A DNA stretch of 62,831 nt, filler included, from Sphaeroforma arctica JP610 (taxonomy: Eukaryota), in assembly GCF_001186125.1 (NCBI RefSeq). It is 6 parts of one record of this genome, joined end to end, with 100 filler letters (N's around TTAATTAATTAA, not from the genome) between each part and the next. Parts side by side here need not be neighbours in the genome. Positions count along the whole stretch, not along the records: positions 7,931 to 15,338 come from NW_014040547.1; positions 15,439 to 24,830 come from NW_014040547.1; positions 24,931 to 47,647 come from NW_014040547.1; 3 more parts are not named here. One strand, written 5' to 3'. Position numbers and translations under genes: made by a program. The notes below the pieces were generated by a model. The model searched no databases. It had not been told where the DNA came from and saw nothing but the letters and a program-made list of their open reading frames with translations. Below, in pieces: positions 12,224 through 25,459 of this stretch. Each line of letters begins with the position of its first letter. The stretch's first letter is position 1.

Positions 12224-15200
12224 CTAGACCCCACCGTTAGAGGCCAGAGATGTGCTGCTCAGTGTTATGGGGACACTCATCAATGCGCTGGGGGTGCGGC
12301 TATAGGCGGGGTACTCAGCTCCATATACCTCCTTCTGTATGATGCAGCGGATGTATAGGAGAGTTTATGAGCGATAGCAACGGGAATGAAGTTTTATGGT
12401 TTTTATGGTTTTAGTTTGGACAAAGGATGTCTCGTATAAGACTGACAGCTGAAGTAGTTTGTGGTGTGGATGGTATTGTATTGGTGCGATAGGTTAATCA
12501 GCAAGAGATCCGGGTGAGGCAAAGCTATGTACCAAGCTGTGTACAAAGGTTGATACTCTCCCGCCAAAGGTCATACTTAACAGATTCACAAATAGCTCGA
12601 TGACAGCCTCGAATGCTTAATGATTCCTACACAACAAATTGGGCAGTGATTGTATGTACAGTCATATGACCTATGGAACATCCATAGCTTACCTTCTTCT
12701 CTGATTGGTCGATGGTTGCCATGGGCAGAGGCTCCCTAGCAACGGCGTTCTGGAAGCGCTCCTTATCATGGCGAGTCTCGTGCTCAGTGCGTTCCTGCAT
12801 TGTTATACGTTTGTGATAGGATGAACATCATAGACAAGGGATTGGCTGGACAATACATGAGTGACTCGATGAACATTATATACATAGCAGTGACTAGATG
12901 AAATCATATACGAGTAATTGGATTAACATCATATACAAGTGATTGGTTGGACAATACATGAGTGACTGGATGTGGGAGATTGTTGACGCGAAATCATTAT
13001 TTCTCGTTAGACTAGAAGACTAAGACACGCTCATACATCTAGCAATGTCAGTCAGCGTAGCACTGTGCACTGACGGATTTATTCATATGTGCAATGCACA
13101 ACGATCAGATGTACTCCGCAAATCTCTTCCTGCAATACATCTTAGGCATACAGCATCGATTCATTGAACAAACTCTTCCATGCAGTGTTTTATGGATGCA
13201 GTATCTATTTATAGAATATGGATGCAGTATCTATTTATAGAATATGGATGCAGTATTCATTTATAGAATATGGATGCAGCATCCATTTATAGAAACATCG
13301 CATACCTTAGCACGGAGTCTGTCCAGTGGCCCGGATAGCTCGTTCTGCCACAGATACTGACCCACCAATTGAGGGAACAGCGCCAGCCAACTGGCCAGCA
13401 AAACTATGAACCAGTAGCGACAGTCACTGCACACCGTTGAATGGGCCGGGAAGTGGTATACAAGAGAGAGAGAGAGAGAGAGAGAGAGTGTGTGTGTGTG
13501 AGTGAGGGCGAGTGAGTGAGTGAGCGAGGTGTGGTTAATTGATATTCAATAGCACCGATGCAGGTGCAGCAGTAAATGGACTTGTGTGTTGTGGGCACAT
13601 GAAAGCGAGCATCACACGGGTCAAGAAAGAAGCACACTGTTCTAATACAGATATAGAAGTACACTGTTCTAATACAGATATAGAAGTACACTGTTTTACT
13701 ACAGATATAGAAGTACATTGTTCTACTACAGATATAGAAGTACACTGTTCTACTACAGATATAGAAGTGCACTTTACTAATACAGATATAGAAGTACACT
13801 GTTCTACTACAGATATAGAAGTCCACTGTTCTAATATAGATATAGAAGTACACTGTTTTAATATAGATATAAAAGTACACTGTTCTAATATAGGTATAGA
13901 AGTACACTGTTCTACTACAGGTATAGAAGTACCCTGTTCTAATATAGATATAGAAGTACACTGTTCTAATATAGATATAGAAGTACACTGTTCTACTACA
14001 TATATAGAAGTACACTGTTCTAATATATATATAGAAGTGCACTGTTCTACTACATATATAGAAGTACACTGTTCTAATATATATATAGAAGTACACTGTT
14101 CTACTACAGATATAGAAGTACACTGTTCTACTACAGACCACAGCGCCATACAGAGTCCATAGAGGCACACGGCCGCAAGACTTACCTCACCGTGACAAAG
14201 GCGACGTAGTAAAGCTCAGTGGGTACAACGGCAAACACAAACATGAAGACAAACATGGCCAGCACAGACCCCACCAGCACCAGCCCATTGAGCCACGTGA
14301 TGTTCTTGGACACCATCGCCAACTGTGTGAGGTATGCATTAGAGATGAGATGGGTGCATTAGTAGGTAGTAGATAGGACTGGCTGTTTGGTTGATGGGAG
14401 GGGTTGTATGTAGAGTCGAAGGGGTGTTTGCGGGGTAGATTGGCAGTATGGCATGAAACATGGAGTGTGGAAGGCAGAGTGGCAACAGAACATGGATTCG
14501 AAGTCTCAGTATCCCTGGTATCCTACCTACACATCCCTTGTATCTCCCAACAAAGCTGATACGAGTTCCCCTAAATTCCAATAATGTCTACATAAGAGTC
14601 GGCAACATTTAAACACAACTCTGACTGCTTTTACCTGAACGTTGTACACTACAACTACATACTATATGCAATTATGTTAACTACCTACTATATGCAATTG
14701 TGTTAACTACATACTATATGCAATTGTGATAACTACATACTATATGCAATTGTGATAACTACATACTATATGCAATTGTGTTGCAGACCCCAATTGCAGA
14801 CTACACCAGTGTCTTTTTAACTGTACACAAAACACATCAGGTTACAAGCACAGCCCACCTGTACGTTGACAACAACCACCATGGCTGTGTTCATGATTGT
14901 ACCGAACTCCCAGATCCCTATTTCCGTATCGCGATAGGTCAGGTACGTTGTGAAGAAAATAGCCAATGAGGCCCATACGGCATTCAGCATGGTTGACCAG
15001 AACCACTGCACCACACGAACACACGGGAGAGATAGGCGTCAGAATGGAGAAGACACAGGCACGAGTTGTGTGTATATTGCGAAGGATGCGTAAACGAATA
15101 TGTAGGCGTGTACCAGTATTAAGAGAGAAGGGGTGTGAGATTGGAGGAAACACACACTCTCTGTATGTATGTATGCATGACACACACTCTCTGTATGTAT

Positions 15201-15473
15201 GTATGCATGACACACACTCTCTGTATGTATGTATGTATGACACACACTCTCTGTATGTATGTATGTATGACACACACTCTCTGTATTTATGTATGTATGT
15301 AGGTATGACACACTCTCTGTATGTATGTATGTATGACANNNNNNNNNNNNNNNNNNNNNNNNNNNNNNNNNNNNNNNNNNNNTTAATTAATTAANNNNNN
15401 NNNNNNNNNNNNNNNNNNNNNNNNNNNNNNNNNNNNNNTTATGAATATACAATACAAGTAGAACACATGTGCA

Positions 15474-15509
<36 letters not shown>

Positions 15510-18500
15510 CTTGGTGCTTCGTTCCTTGCCTGGTCTAGAATGGCAAAGAGAATAATGGGCAGGGAGGTGAAGAGAAGGTTGTACGTCATCAGATAGTACT
15601 GGTTGATTGACGTCTGCCCAGAGAATCCGCAGCAGAACTGGTACCACAGCAGCAGATACACAAAGATCGAGTTCTGTTTAGTTGGTGATAGAAGCAAATG
15701 GTGTGCATAGAGGTTAGTGCGATTGGTAAACTCTACTGAGGGGTGGGTGGGGCTCTTGGAATAGAATACTTATCTATCTATACAACTTGCGATCGTCTGA
15801 GCGACGACGGACTATAGGGCTATCAGGAGAACATCTATCTCTTAGACAGATACGTGAAGGGAGTAGACACCATCACACCAAGAAACTAAAAGCTGGTACA
15901 CTCCAAAGGCAGCGGATTCACACCTTGAAGAAGAAGTACAGAACTGTATTGGCGATGCGATGATAATTCCAGTGCCCATGGACCAGCAACAGCCTGGGCA
16001 AGAAGCGGAAGCGGCCAATGGCAAAGTCCGACGCCATAACCGCCTGCATACCCTCATTGCCCTGTACACCCACCCCCACATCGGCACACTGAATCATGCT
16101 CACATCATTCGCCCCATCCCCTATCGCCAGAGACATGATGTCCTTGTACTGGTTGACGCTAGTCACCACCCGCGCCTTCTGCAACGGCGCCGTGCGCGCA
16201 CACAGCACCACATCACACAGACACGCGGCCGTTACAAACAGCTCCTGACAAGTCTCATCCAGCGCATACGACAGGCTCTTGCCGTCGATGACCATGGCGT
16301 GCTGGGTCTTGCGCGTAAAGCTCTCGGGAGACGCGTCGAATTCGACGGTGTCTAGGGAGACTTGTCGTGTCATGCCCTTGGGCTTCTTCTGTTGCTTCTC
16401 CATGGTTTCACGGGTGTCAGAGCGGGTTATGGTCTCGACGGTTTGGCGCAGGAGGTGCCGAACTTCGTTCATGCTCTCGCCGTTAATGACGTACTGGCCC
16501 ATATCCTGTAGAGTCAAAAGGCAATGTGTGGGGTTGTGCCTGTATCACAAGGGTGCGTGTATATAATACTATGTAGCTTACACGAGAAGGTGTGGATTTA
16601 GGATGGGGGTTTTATCCCCTAAAACCCTAGACGCATGTGAGTATCCAGTTCTTCTTTTACGCTCATGAACATTTGCATGCATAGACACTTTCACGCATTC
16701 TAACACAAAAATCCTCGATGCATATGTGTGTGTGCTTGAGTGTGCGTGTGGTAGTACTCCAAACGAGATACACACCTATATATGCATACGCTTGCATGTC
16801 CTACATATGCATACGCTTGCATGTCCAACCCCCACAAGATAGGACTATGTACACCTACATTTGCATACGCTTGCATGTCCAAAACCCACAAGATAGGACT
16901 ATGTACACCTACATATACATACGCTTGCATGTCCAAAACCCACAAGGTAGGACTATGTACAGGACACACTCAAGGTGTTCAAACTACGCATGAAAAGGGA
17001 CGGATCCCTAAGACCATGCAGAAGGCAGGCTCAGACTTCTAGCACCAGCATGTGCCCAGAGAACGTACTAGCCGCACACGCGTTCATACTGGCACACGTC
17101 TACCTGCGCCTATGAAGCAGACAGGTTCATATGGTTCACACACCCACGCATAGAGACACGACAGCCCTATACACTAAAACTCGGTACGGGTACGTATCCA
17201 TACACATACGCGCATATATGTCCAAGCATGTATTCCTTCGATCTCCTTCTCCTACCTGACCCCCCCAATCAAAAAATAAATAAATAAAAATAAATTATAT
17301 ATATATATATATATATAGATAGATTTATATATATATAGATAGATAGATATATAATCAGACACACCTCGTCGATAAGCTTACTGGAGTACGCTATCTCCAG
17401 GGCAGTCTCCTGTTTGTCTCCGGTCAATACCCACACATGGATACCCGCCTCGCGCAGTGTGCGGATGGCTTCAGGGACACCTGCCTGTAATTTGTCCTCG
17501 ATACCTAATAGTAAGGGTGAATAGCAGATGATGTTCTCATGAGTATATTGAAAATGCACGCATGGTACCCAACTAGTGGTATAATCGATAGACTATCCGA
17601 AAGTGGTGCTGTATACCGTTGACTAATATCAAGCAGACTACACATGTTACACAAATACACAATGAAGTATCTTACTAATAGTTGCCTCACTAGTTCATGT
17701 AGCGTACAGAGACGTAGAGTTGAAACTTATTTGCGAACACCCTACACACAGATCATACGTCTCGCAGACGTGAGGGAACACCACCAACACAAGCACTACC
17801 AGGTAGGTGTACATTCAGACAAGAAATCAATACCACTGCAACTGGCAATACACACTCTAACAGGTAGGTGTACATACAGACAAGAAATCAACACCAATGC
17901 AACAGGCAATACACACTCTACCAATGCCCCATTCGCAAATGTATACACAAACAAGCACGACATGCACATTGGGTCGACCCACGTCCGCAAGCAATAGCAC
18001 AAATCACCACATCAACATCCTCCTCAACCATCCCAAAGTGCACACAACACGCACACAACAACGTACCTGTAGCACCGAGCAGGGTCAGCCCTCGCTCCAC
18101 CTTAGTGGACAGTTTGTCCAGTCGCACTTGGCGGTCGTGCAAGGCACATCCCGCCTGGCCCCACTTCTTCTGCCACTTGTGGTACCATGACAAGTCCAAG
18201 TCCTGCGGAGAGAGTGCGAATGACGTTCAGTTAAGGGGATATGGGGGCGTGAAGGGTTGGTTATCTGTGCCTCGTTTAGGGCTTACCGTAACAAACAGCG
18301 GTTATGCGACTTGGGACATGAAATGTGAATCGTTCGAGGCTCATAGCACGTAGACGGTCAGCCCTACCGAGTACACCCCGTCAGTGAGCCTACCTTCTTG
18401 GCCAGGCACAGTGTGCGCAGTCCCCCGCTGGAGAATTGGGTCAGATGAACGTTGGTACTGGCCATGAGTGAGGCGTTGTTTTGTTGGTCAAGCAGTTCGT

Positions 18501-21499
18501 AGATGCGACTGTCCGCTCCCTTGGAGTACATGGTGATGCTCTGGTCCGGGTTCTCAATGATGATGGACATACTGTGGAGGTACAGGTAGAGGGGTGTTGT
18601 ATATAAGTGGGTGGGGGTGTAAGGTATTCAATCTACCAGGCCTTTCACGTACTATAATACAGAGAGTGAGACAGTACTTATGGTATATGGTACACTCGAG
18701 ACGTCTCCATAGCACCAGATACGGCGTTCCAACAACTTCTGCAGATAGAGATTATCGGCTTAGCAGCTACCACCTGTGTAACATCAGTATACCCGAGTGC
18801 CCGAGTGCCGACGCTTTCATTCTCACCATCTAAGTAACAACGAATACAACTTACCATTTCCGGGTACTAGTGAACTCCAGTACATTCATGATCTTAAATG
18901 TCCTGATTACCCCCAGGGCCCTGATGGTAACGGATGTTTGTGTGCGTGTGACCAGCTCGAAGCCGTACGCCTTTGCCGCGTCCACAAGCGCAGCCTCATC
19001 GGGCGATTCGGAATCGTACCGAACACTTCCGTCCTGATATGGTGAGATATTAAGGACAAATTAAGCCCCTAGAGTACACCATAGTCCCACACACAGTGAT
19101 CTTAAAGTTTTTCTGGCCCACATAACATACATAACATAACAGAATCACCTAGAAATAGGGCAACATTGCACCTAAACGTCTACAAATAGTCTGTGCAAAG
19201 CCCATCACCACGCGCGATCGTACCTTTCCAGGCCTGGGCACCACGGTATTGCATATTGCCAGACACAAGAAGAACTGGTACAGGTCCGAATCCGTTGCAC
19301 AGGACGACAGCTTCAGCACGAGATTGGGGTCCTTCCTGTGGCCATCGGAGAAGGCAGGGCATGCGTGCGTAAGAAGTGATAGGGTCATAATCTGCTGTGT
19401 AATTGTACCGAACAGCATAGAGCGCATGTGATACTCGCACGGAAGAGGTAGACTACACTTGCGATTATGTATAGGTGTTCGACGTGAACCATTTTCCAGT
19501 AAAAGTAACCACATCCGATAGTACATAGTCAATGCCATTTGGTCACAAACAACCAGACTAAACTGTGCTGCAACACATGTACTGTACCTCAATATTTTGG
19601 ACAGGGCTGGACTTACAGGACAATTCCGGTGGGGTTGTCATCGGCGGCTTCGGAAATCTTCGCCTCTGAATCGACATAGCCGTAGTCCGTACATCCGATG
19701 GAGCACTTCTTAAACACCATCTGATTCTCTGTTAAAGGTCAAGGAGGAGAGTGAGTGAGCAAGTGAGCGTATGAGTAAAAGAGAGAGAGAGAGAGAGAGA
19801 AAGGGGGGGGGGGTTAATGGGCATTAAATTGGGGTGCATCTTCAGTTGACACCAAATCCGGGTGGCGTGAACACGCTGTGCTGTGCGTGCTTCGCATTTC
19901 TGTGCATTCTGCATTGCTGTGGTGTTTGTTCTATCAGGAGTTTCTACAATACATGTATGTGGTAAACATGCCATACTCGTACTTATGTGAACGTTGTTCT
20001 AATCGTAATATACGCACTTACCACTACGGCCGCACGTCAAGCTAAGTACTCTGTGCATGTACAAGCATCCCTTATACCGATTTTAAAAGGTGAAGAAATG
20101 GACCAATTCTTCTTAATTAAGAAGTACAGTAAGGGCAACCTATGTTACAACAGAAACATATAACACGACAACACGGGCGTCTCACGAAAGCCATCACCTG
20201 CAGATAAGATTCTCAAAGCGTACACCTCTACGCAACCACCCCACAGAAAACAGGTACAGACGGCACTCCTACCTGTGAGTGTTCCTGTTTTGTCCGAGAA
20301 AATGTACTCGATTTGGCCCAGGTCCTCATTGATGTTGAGCGCACGACACTGCATGTTCTTGCCCGAACGTGGGTCTTTCATTTGGGGATCGTTGGACATA
20401 AAGTACACCTGCAGGTGGAGATGGCGACATACACACACTGCGCTTAGTATCACGTACGCTATGGCGTAACTGTGTGTACTTGATAAAAGGATTGGATAGT
20501 CCGGAAGTTTGGGTTATATGAACCAACTCATATACACACATACACAGTTATGAATTGAAGACATGTGTGCGTAGACACAGTTGGAAGTATAGGGCATAAA
20601 CTATGGTCCGTTATGATATACATTATAGTATATTATGAATGCGTGTACCGTGGTTGTGGAGCTCACAGGCACGAACACTATTATATATAGTTCCTCGTTG
20701 GCGTTCAGTTAATTAAGTGATTTTATAGACCTATACACATACACCTGCACACGTACATACTTTCAAAAACCATACATACATAAAAAGATACATGGACATA
20801 TACAGATACATAAACACATAAAAAGATACATGTACCTATAAATAAACATATAAAAAGATACATGTACATATACATCTACATAAACACATAAAAATATGCA
20901 TCTACATATACATCTAAATAAACACATAAAATATACACATACAAATACACTTACCTGCCCCAGCTTGATGAGCTCCAAAGTAACGTACAGTGAAATGGGC
21001 ACCATGACGTTGAACAGAATGATATTGGACCAGAACGCCAAGAACGTGTATAGCAATGGCTCGGGATCACCGTCTTTGAAGGGAATGAACATCGTCTGCA
21101 ACGTCGGTACAAAGTACAAGTCGATGAGACGTCATGCATGGTTATTGCTTGAGGTGTGCGCTCTAATACACCGCATGTGTGTTCGTCATTTGGCCGTGAG
21201 AGTGCAAAACCAGTGCGTCTAGATGATTGGCTCGTCCGCGACTTATGTTTGTACTGACACATCACATCACTAGACCGAACTGTAATACACGGTAGCCATG
21301 ACCTTCTTTACACTTCTCTCAAAGACAGAGAACACGCCAACTCTATGTGAACATAGCGATAATATGAAAATTGTTTGTATCACAGTTCTTTTGCTCCACA
21401 GCCGTGCCGCGAGTGCACAAGACAAACACGTAGTCACCACGTTGACGTACAGACACCTAATACTACGCGCAACTGCCACTACACAATCATTTATATGCG

Positions 21500-21530
<31 letters not shown>

Positions 21531-23950
21531 TTATATAGATATATATAAATAAATTTAGCATTAGCTCAAGACACACCTCCTTGTACGGCAGGGCGTCCAT
21601 CCACAGCCCTCCGGCGATGGCGCAGGAGGTGCACATGACCACCAGAATGATAGCCAGCCACACAATCTCCCCGTTCATGTCGCGCTCGATCTTGGAGCGC
21701 TTGAACCTCGGCCCTGATATTGTTTTTGGGTGCAAGGTGCTATTTTTAGAACGTTTTAGGGCCGGGGTTGCGGTGAAGTGCACTAAATAACCCAATAATG
21801 TTTCTTAGCCTACCTAATGCCCCGGCCTTGCCTTCAGCCTCGCCCTAGTATGCGGCCAGCTTTGTTTTAACGCACATGTTAACTATATACTACGGGCTAT
21901 ATACACACAAACATCCGACCGATAATTGGCATGCCCAAAGCCGCACGCCGGTGTCATGCATGCATGCCATCGAGCACAACATGTATGTGACGCTCATTAT
22001 AGTACACTTACCGGTGTTGTTGAGCATGGCTTTGGTCTCGGGTCCAGTGTACACTACCACGCCAAGCGCCCAGTCGGTGTTACGCAGGTTGCACCCTCTC
22101 AGCATCAAATTCTTGCCGTCAATGGGAACCTGGAGGTATTTATTTTAAAATGATATGCATTCAACATACGCCTGTGCACATATACTTGCAGTTACAATAG
22201 CAGACACTCGCCAGGACAGCACTAATAGTACTAACAATAAGAGTGATAAAGCCATGCACACAGCAATGGTTTTGTGTGGGCACTGTTTGGTCCCTACCTT
22301 CAGATGGTCATCGGTGGCTCTGAACTGTCCGTTGTAGTCGTATATGCTGATGTGAGGCTTGTCACAGATGACCTCTCCCACCAACTCGTTGGGGTTGTTG
22401 ACGCCCGCGAGAGTGGGACATCTACACAGTGCAGGGAGAGACAGGAAAATATTGAAATAGGTTTTAGGTAAACTCTAAAATAGGATTTCCGATCTCAACC
22501 ATCTCGTGTGTTCTTGTAGTTTCAATCACTGGACAATCATTCGCTTGTACCCTAACTTACTTGACGATCATTCGCTTGTAATTTAACTTACTTGACAATC
22601 ATTCGCTTGTACTTTAACTTACTTGACAATCATTCGCTTGTAATTTAACTTACTTGACAATCATTCGCTTGTAATGTAACTTACTTGACAATCATTCGCT
22701 GTTTCAGGTTCGTCTCTCCGTCCAGGTTGGCGGTTTCAATGTAGGCATTGCCCTGAATGATGTACAGAGGAAGAACGCAGATGAGAAGACACTGGTGACG
22801 CAGTAACAGACACAACACCAGTTTTATCATATAAGTTACAACGTTCAGAGGAAGAAAGCATATGAGCAGACACATGAAGACACAGTAACAGTAACTGACA
22901 CCCCACCAGGTTTATCATATGAGTGAAGTGACGACGTTCAGAAGAAGCAAAAGAGTATTCACAGTAAAGACACGGTAGAAGGCATCGCACTAAGTTTCTC
23001 ATACTAGCGAGAGTTTGAGGATTAAGTTTAGGGTTTGTACAATTGAATAAATCAGGCAACGCATTTGTCGACACGTGCATACACATGTGTGTGTTTTCCA
23101 CCCACCACATCAGGGCGAAGCATTGGCCTTCGGTTGCACGTGGCAGTGTATGTACACGTGCGTTTATCTTAGCTAACGTAGTATTTTATGTACACGTGCG
23201 CTTAGCTTAGCTACACACGCAGTAACATACCGAGGGATCACTGCATTGCAGCAGCAGGATATCCGCGGGGATCATCTCATCTTCCTCTAGGTGCACTACT
23301 TGCCCCACCTTCAGGTCCTTCCAGAACACCTCTACCTGCTCTCCATCACGGTACACGCACGCGCGTGCGTTGTTCACCTCCTTGTCCATGCGGTATCGTC
23401 TGCGTTTGTATTGATCATCGTTAGTACTTGTTGCAAAGGTGAAAGTACTTGACAAAGAAATTTGGTGTGTTTGCCTGAAGATATAAGTCAGCAACGCTGA
23501 CTGACGTTTTTCGTCACATGTTTGTAACATAAGCCGGTTCTCGATGTATCATAAATGGCCACATGCCGGAAACTAGCTTTATAACAACGTCCCATATACT
23601 GAGAAGTATGCGTATGTTTTCTGAACCAAAATGTAACCAGTCACGTGAAACGCTTTGCGCTCTGGTTTTGTCACAGGCTCGTATGTACATGAATGCTGCC
23701 TATGTACACAGAATGCATTATACTTTGGTATTCATCTGCGCCATTAATAATGATGTTGTAGCAAAGGTAGTAATGCAGATATGTGCAAGTATTTGTTGCA
23801 TGTGATCACCTGAAGTCTTCGTAGGCGTCTTTCACAGCCGTAACCGTCAGCACAAAAGTCAGTGGGAGGAATGTGATCTCCCGCCGGAAGACGGAGATGA
23901 ACGGCATCCAATTGAGCACCGCAATGATCAGAAAGTATATATTGGCGTAG
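12224..23950 (-). CDS. ATP10: P4-type ATPase phospholipid flippase, ATP10/ALA1-like; 5' exon(s) probably in gap 24831-24930, one internal exon probably in gap 15339-15438
   Basis: Exons 23810-23950, 23231-23399, 22685-22752 ([12 protein letters not shown]), 22298-22421, 22012-22129, 21577-21713 ([14 protein letters not shown]), 20955-21095 ([10 protein letters not shown]), 20273-20408 ([25 protein letters not shown]), 19617-19728, 19224-19335, 18855-19033 ([10 protein letters not shown]), 18394-18571 (KGADS, GLRTLC), 18067-18202, 17365-17504 ([17 protein letters not shown]), 15924-16505 ([12 protein letters not shown]), 15530-15673, 14859-~15005, 14186-14322, 13306-13426, 12693-12794, 12224-12334 (stop TAG). 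The last two exons are supported by phase only. Confidence 0.95.
13630..14135. repeat. Intronic 27-bp minisatellite, ~19 copies
   Basis: (AGAAGTACACTGTTCTAATACAGATAT)n. It produces the spurious [18 protein letters not shown] and EQCTSISVV ORFs. Confidence 0.95.
14650..14782. repeat. Intronic ~26-bp tandem repeat, 5 copies
   Basis: (AACTACATACTATATGCAATTGTGAT)n. Confidence 0.9.
15150..15338. repeat. Intronic 30-bp tandem repeat next to a gap
   Basis: (ACACACACTCTCTGTATGTATGTATGCATG)n. Confidence 0.9.
22532..22700 (-). repeat. 31-bp tandem repeat of an exon end plus 5' splice site
   Basis: Minus-strand unit CGAATGATTGTCAA|GTAAGTTAAATTACAAG, ~5.5 copies. The first copy is the real end of the flippase exon 22685-22752. 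Confidence 0.95.
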
Positions 23951-24221
23951 CTGTATGAGAACAGTTGGTTGTTTTAGATGGTAAGAAATCAGAATTGGGT
24001 GAGAAATTAGGATTGCTTCGAAAGGGTGAGAAATTAGTATTGCTTTCAGAGGGTGAGGAATCAGGATTGCTTTCAGGGCGGATTTGATTGGCTTGATCGG
24101 CACTGATAGTCTTACTGTGTCTAGATCTGGCCGATGAGTATATACCAATACTCGATCGCTTCTCTTTTCTAAAGCAGTGATATTGTTTGTTCAGTGAATC
24201 AACAGATGAAAAAGTATATAT

Positions 24222-24256
<35 letters not shown>

Positions 24257-25294
24257 GTCGCTGGTGATATCTTCACTATCCTGGTAGCACAGGCGACTGT
24301 AGGTAAACTCCATTGGAATCGTAGTACTATATCGCAGGACGATATACAGCAATTGAACAGATCTATCCTAGGTCAGTGCGTACGAAGGATGTACACATGA
24401 GACTGAACGGAGATTACTTGCATAACAGTGAAAGGAGATGCCAGCTCACGTATGTTCAGTTTTAGAGAGAAAATTCAACGAAGTCGAGTACCGATTGTCA
24501 ATGAAAAGTCTCATAATAAATACTTATATATAAATGTAGAAATATATATCAGACATAATTTTAAACATGCACATAATTCCATACGCGTACGAGTAAATGA
24601 AAATATACGTAAAAATGAAGATATGCATTATCTTAAAGTACACATTTGTATAGTAACGACTGAAAAAATAATTAGTATATACATCCATTTATGTATATAT
24701 ATATATATTTGTGATCAGTTTATATGCACATAAGTATATATATATATATAGATACATAAATATATAAATATATACTTATATCAGTATATAGATATATAAA
24801 TATATATACGCCCAGCACACACACACACACNNNNNNNNNNNNNNNNNNNNNNNNNNNNNNNNNNNNNNNNNNNNTTAATTAATTAANNNNNNNNNNNNNN
24901 NNNNNNNNNNNNNNNNNNNNNNNNNNNNNNTATATATATATGTATATTTGTATAAATTATATATTGATATATATATATATATATATATGAACAAGGATAC
25001 GATCAAGTAGACTTGATTCGCACATTCCGCTAATATGTAGTGTAAATTTTTCAAATGATTGTGGAAACTGACACTGTGTTTTCTGCCAAAGAAAATGTAT
25101 ATTGCCGTCCCATACTAAACTGAACTGGTAGGCGCTACAATGGCAGTGCTCATGTTCTGAGCTGTTTACACCTGACGAGCATAATCGACGTCAAATGAAG
25201 GGAATATCAAGCATGATAATTTTCAGCTACTTGAGTAGAGAATGATATCTATGTCTAACGAACTGTTTTCTACCCTTTCATCTCACTTTTTTAG

Positions 25295-25459
25295 GCTGTA
25301 AAACAACGCACACACATAACTCGGGTTGCAGATAATGGCGACGTGTTTGTGACACTCAGTGCACGTACAAGCAAAGCAATTGCGTCAGACGATAACTATC
25401 CCGATCTCCCGGAAGACAACACTGCGGCAGTCACGATACTGTACGAAAGCGATCAATGA
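25295..25459 (+). CDS. RFESD: Last exon of a Rieske-domain protein (RFESD-like); upstream exons presumably in gap 24831-24930
   Basis: Acceptor ctcacttttttag is followed by AVKQRTHITRVADNGDVFVTLSARTSKAIASDDNY...* (54 aa, below the ORF-track cutoff). This resembles the animal RFESD C-terminus as recalled, [21 protein letters not shown]..DSDFY. Confidence 0.72.
   Translation, partial: AVKQRTHITRVADNGDVFVTLSARTSKAIASDDNYPDLPEDNTAAVTILYESDQ

Noticed and set aside
13404..14170. Three long repetitive Cys/His/Tyr-rich ORFs (IEVHCSTTD and others) resembling a metal-binding repeat protein
   Set aside because: They are translations of a 27-bp minisatellite inside a flippase intron. The flanking exons 14186 and 13426 join in phase without it.
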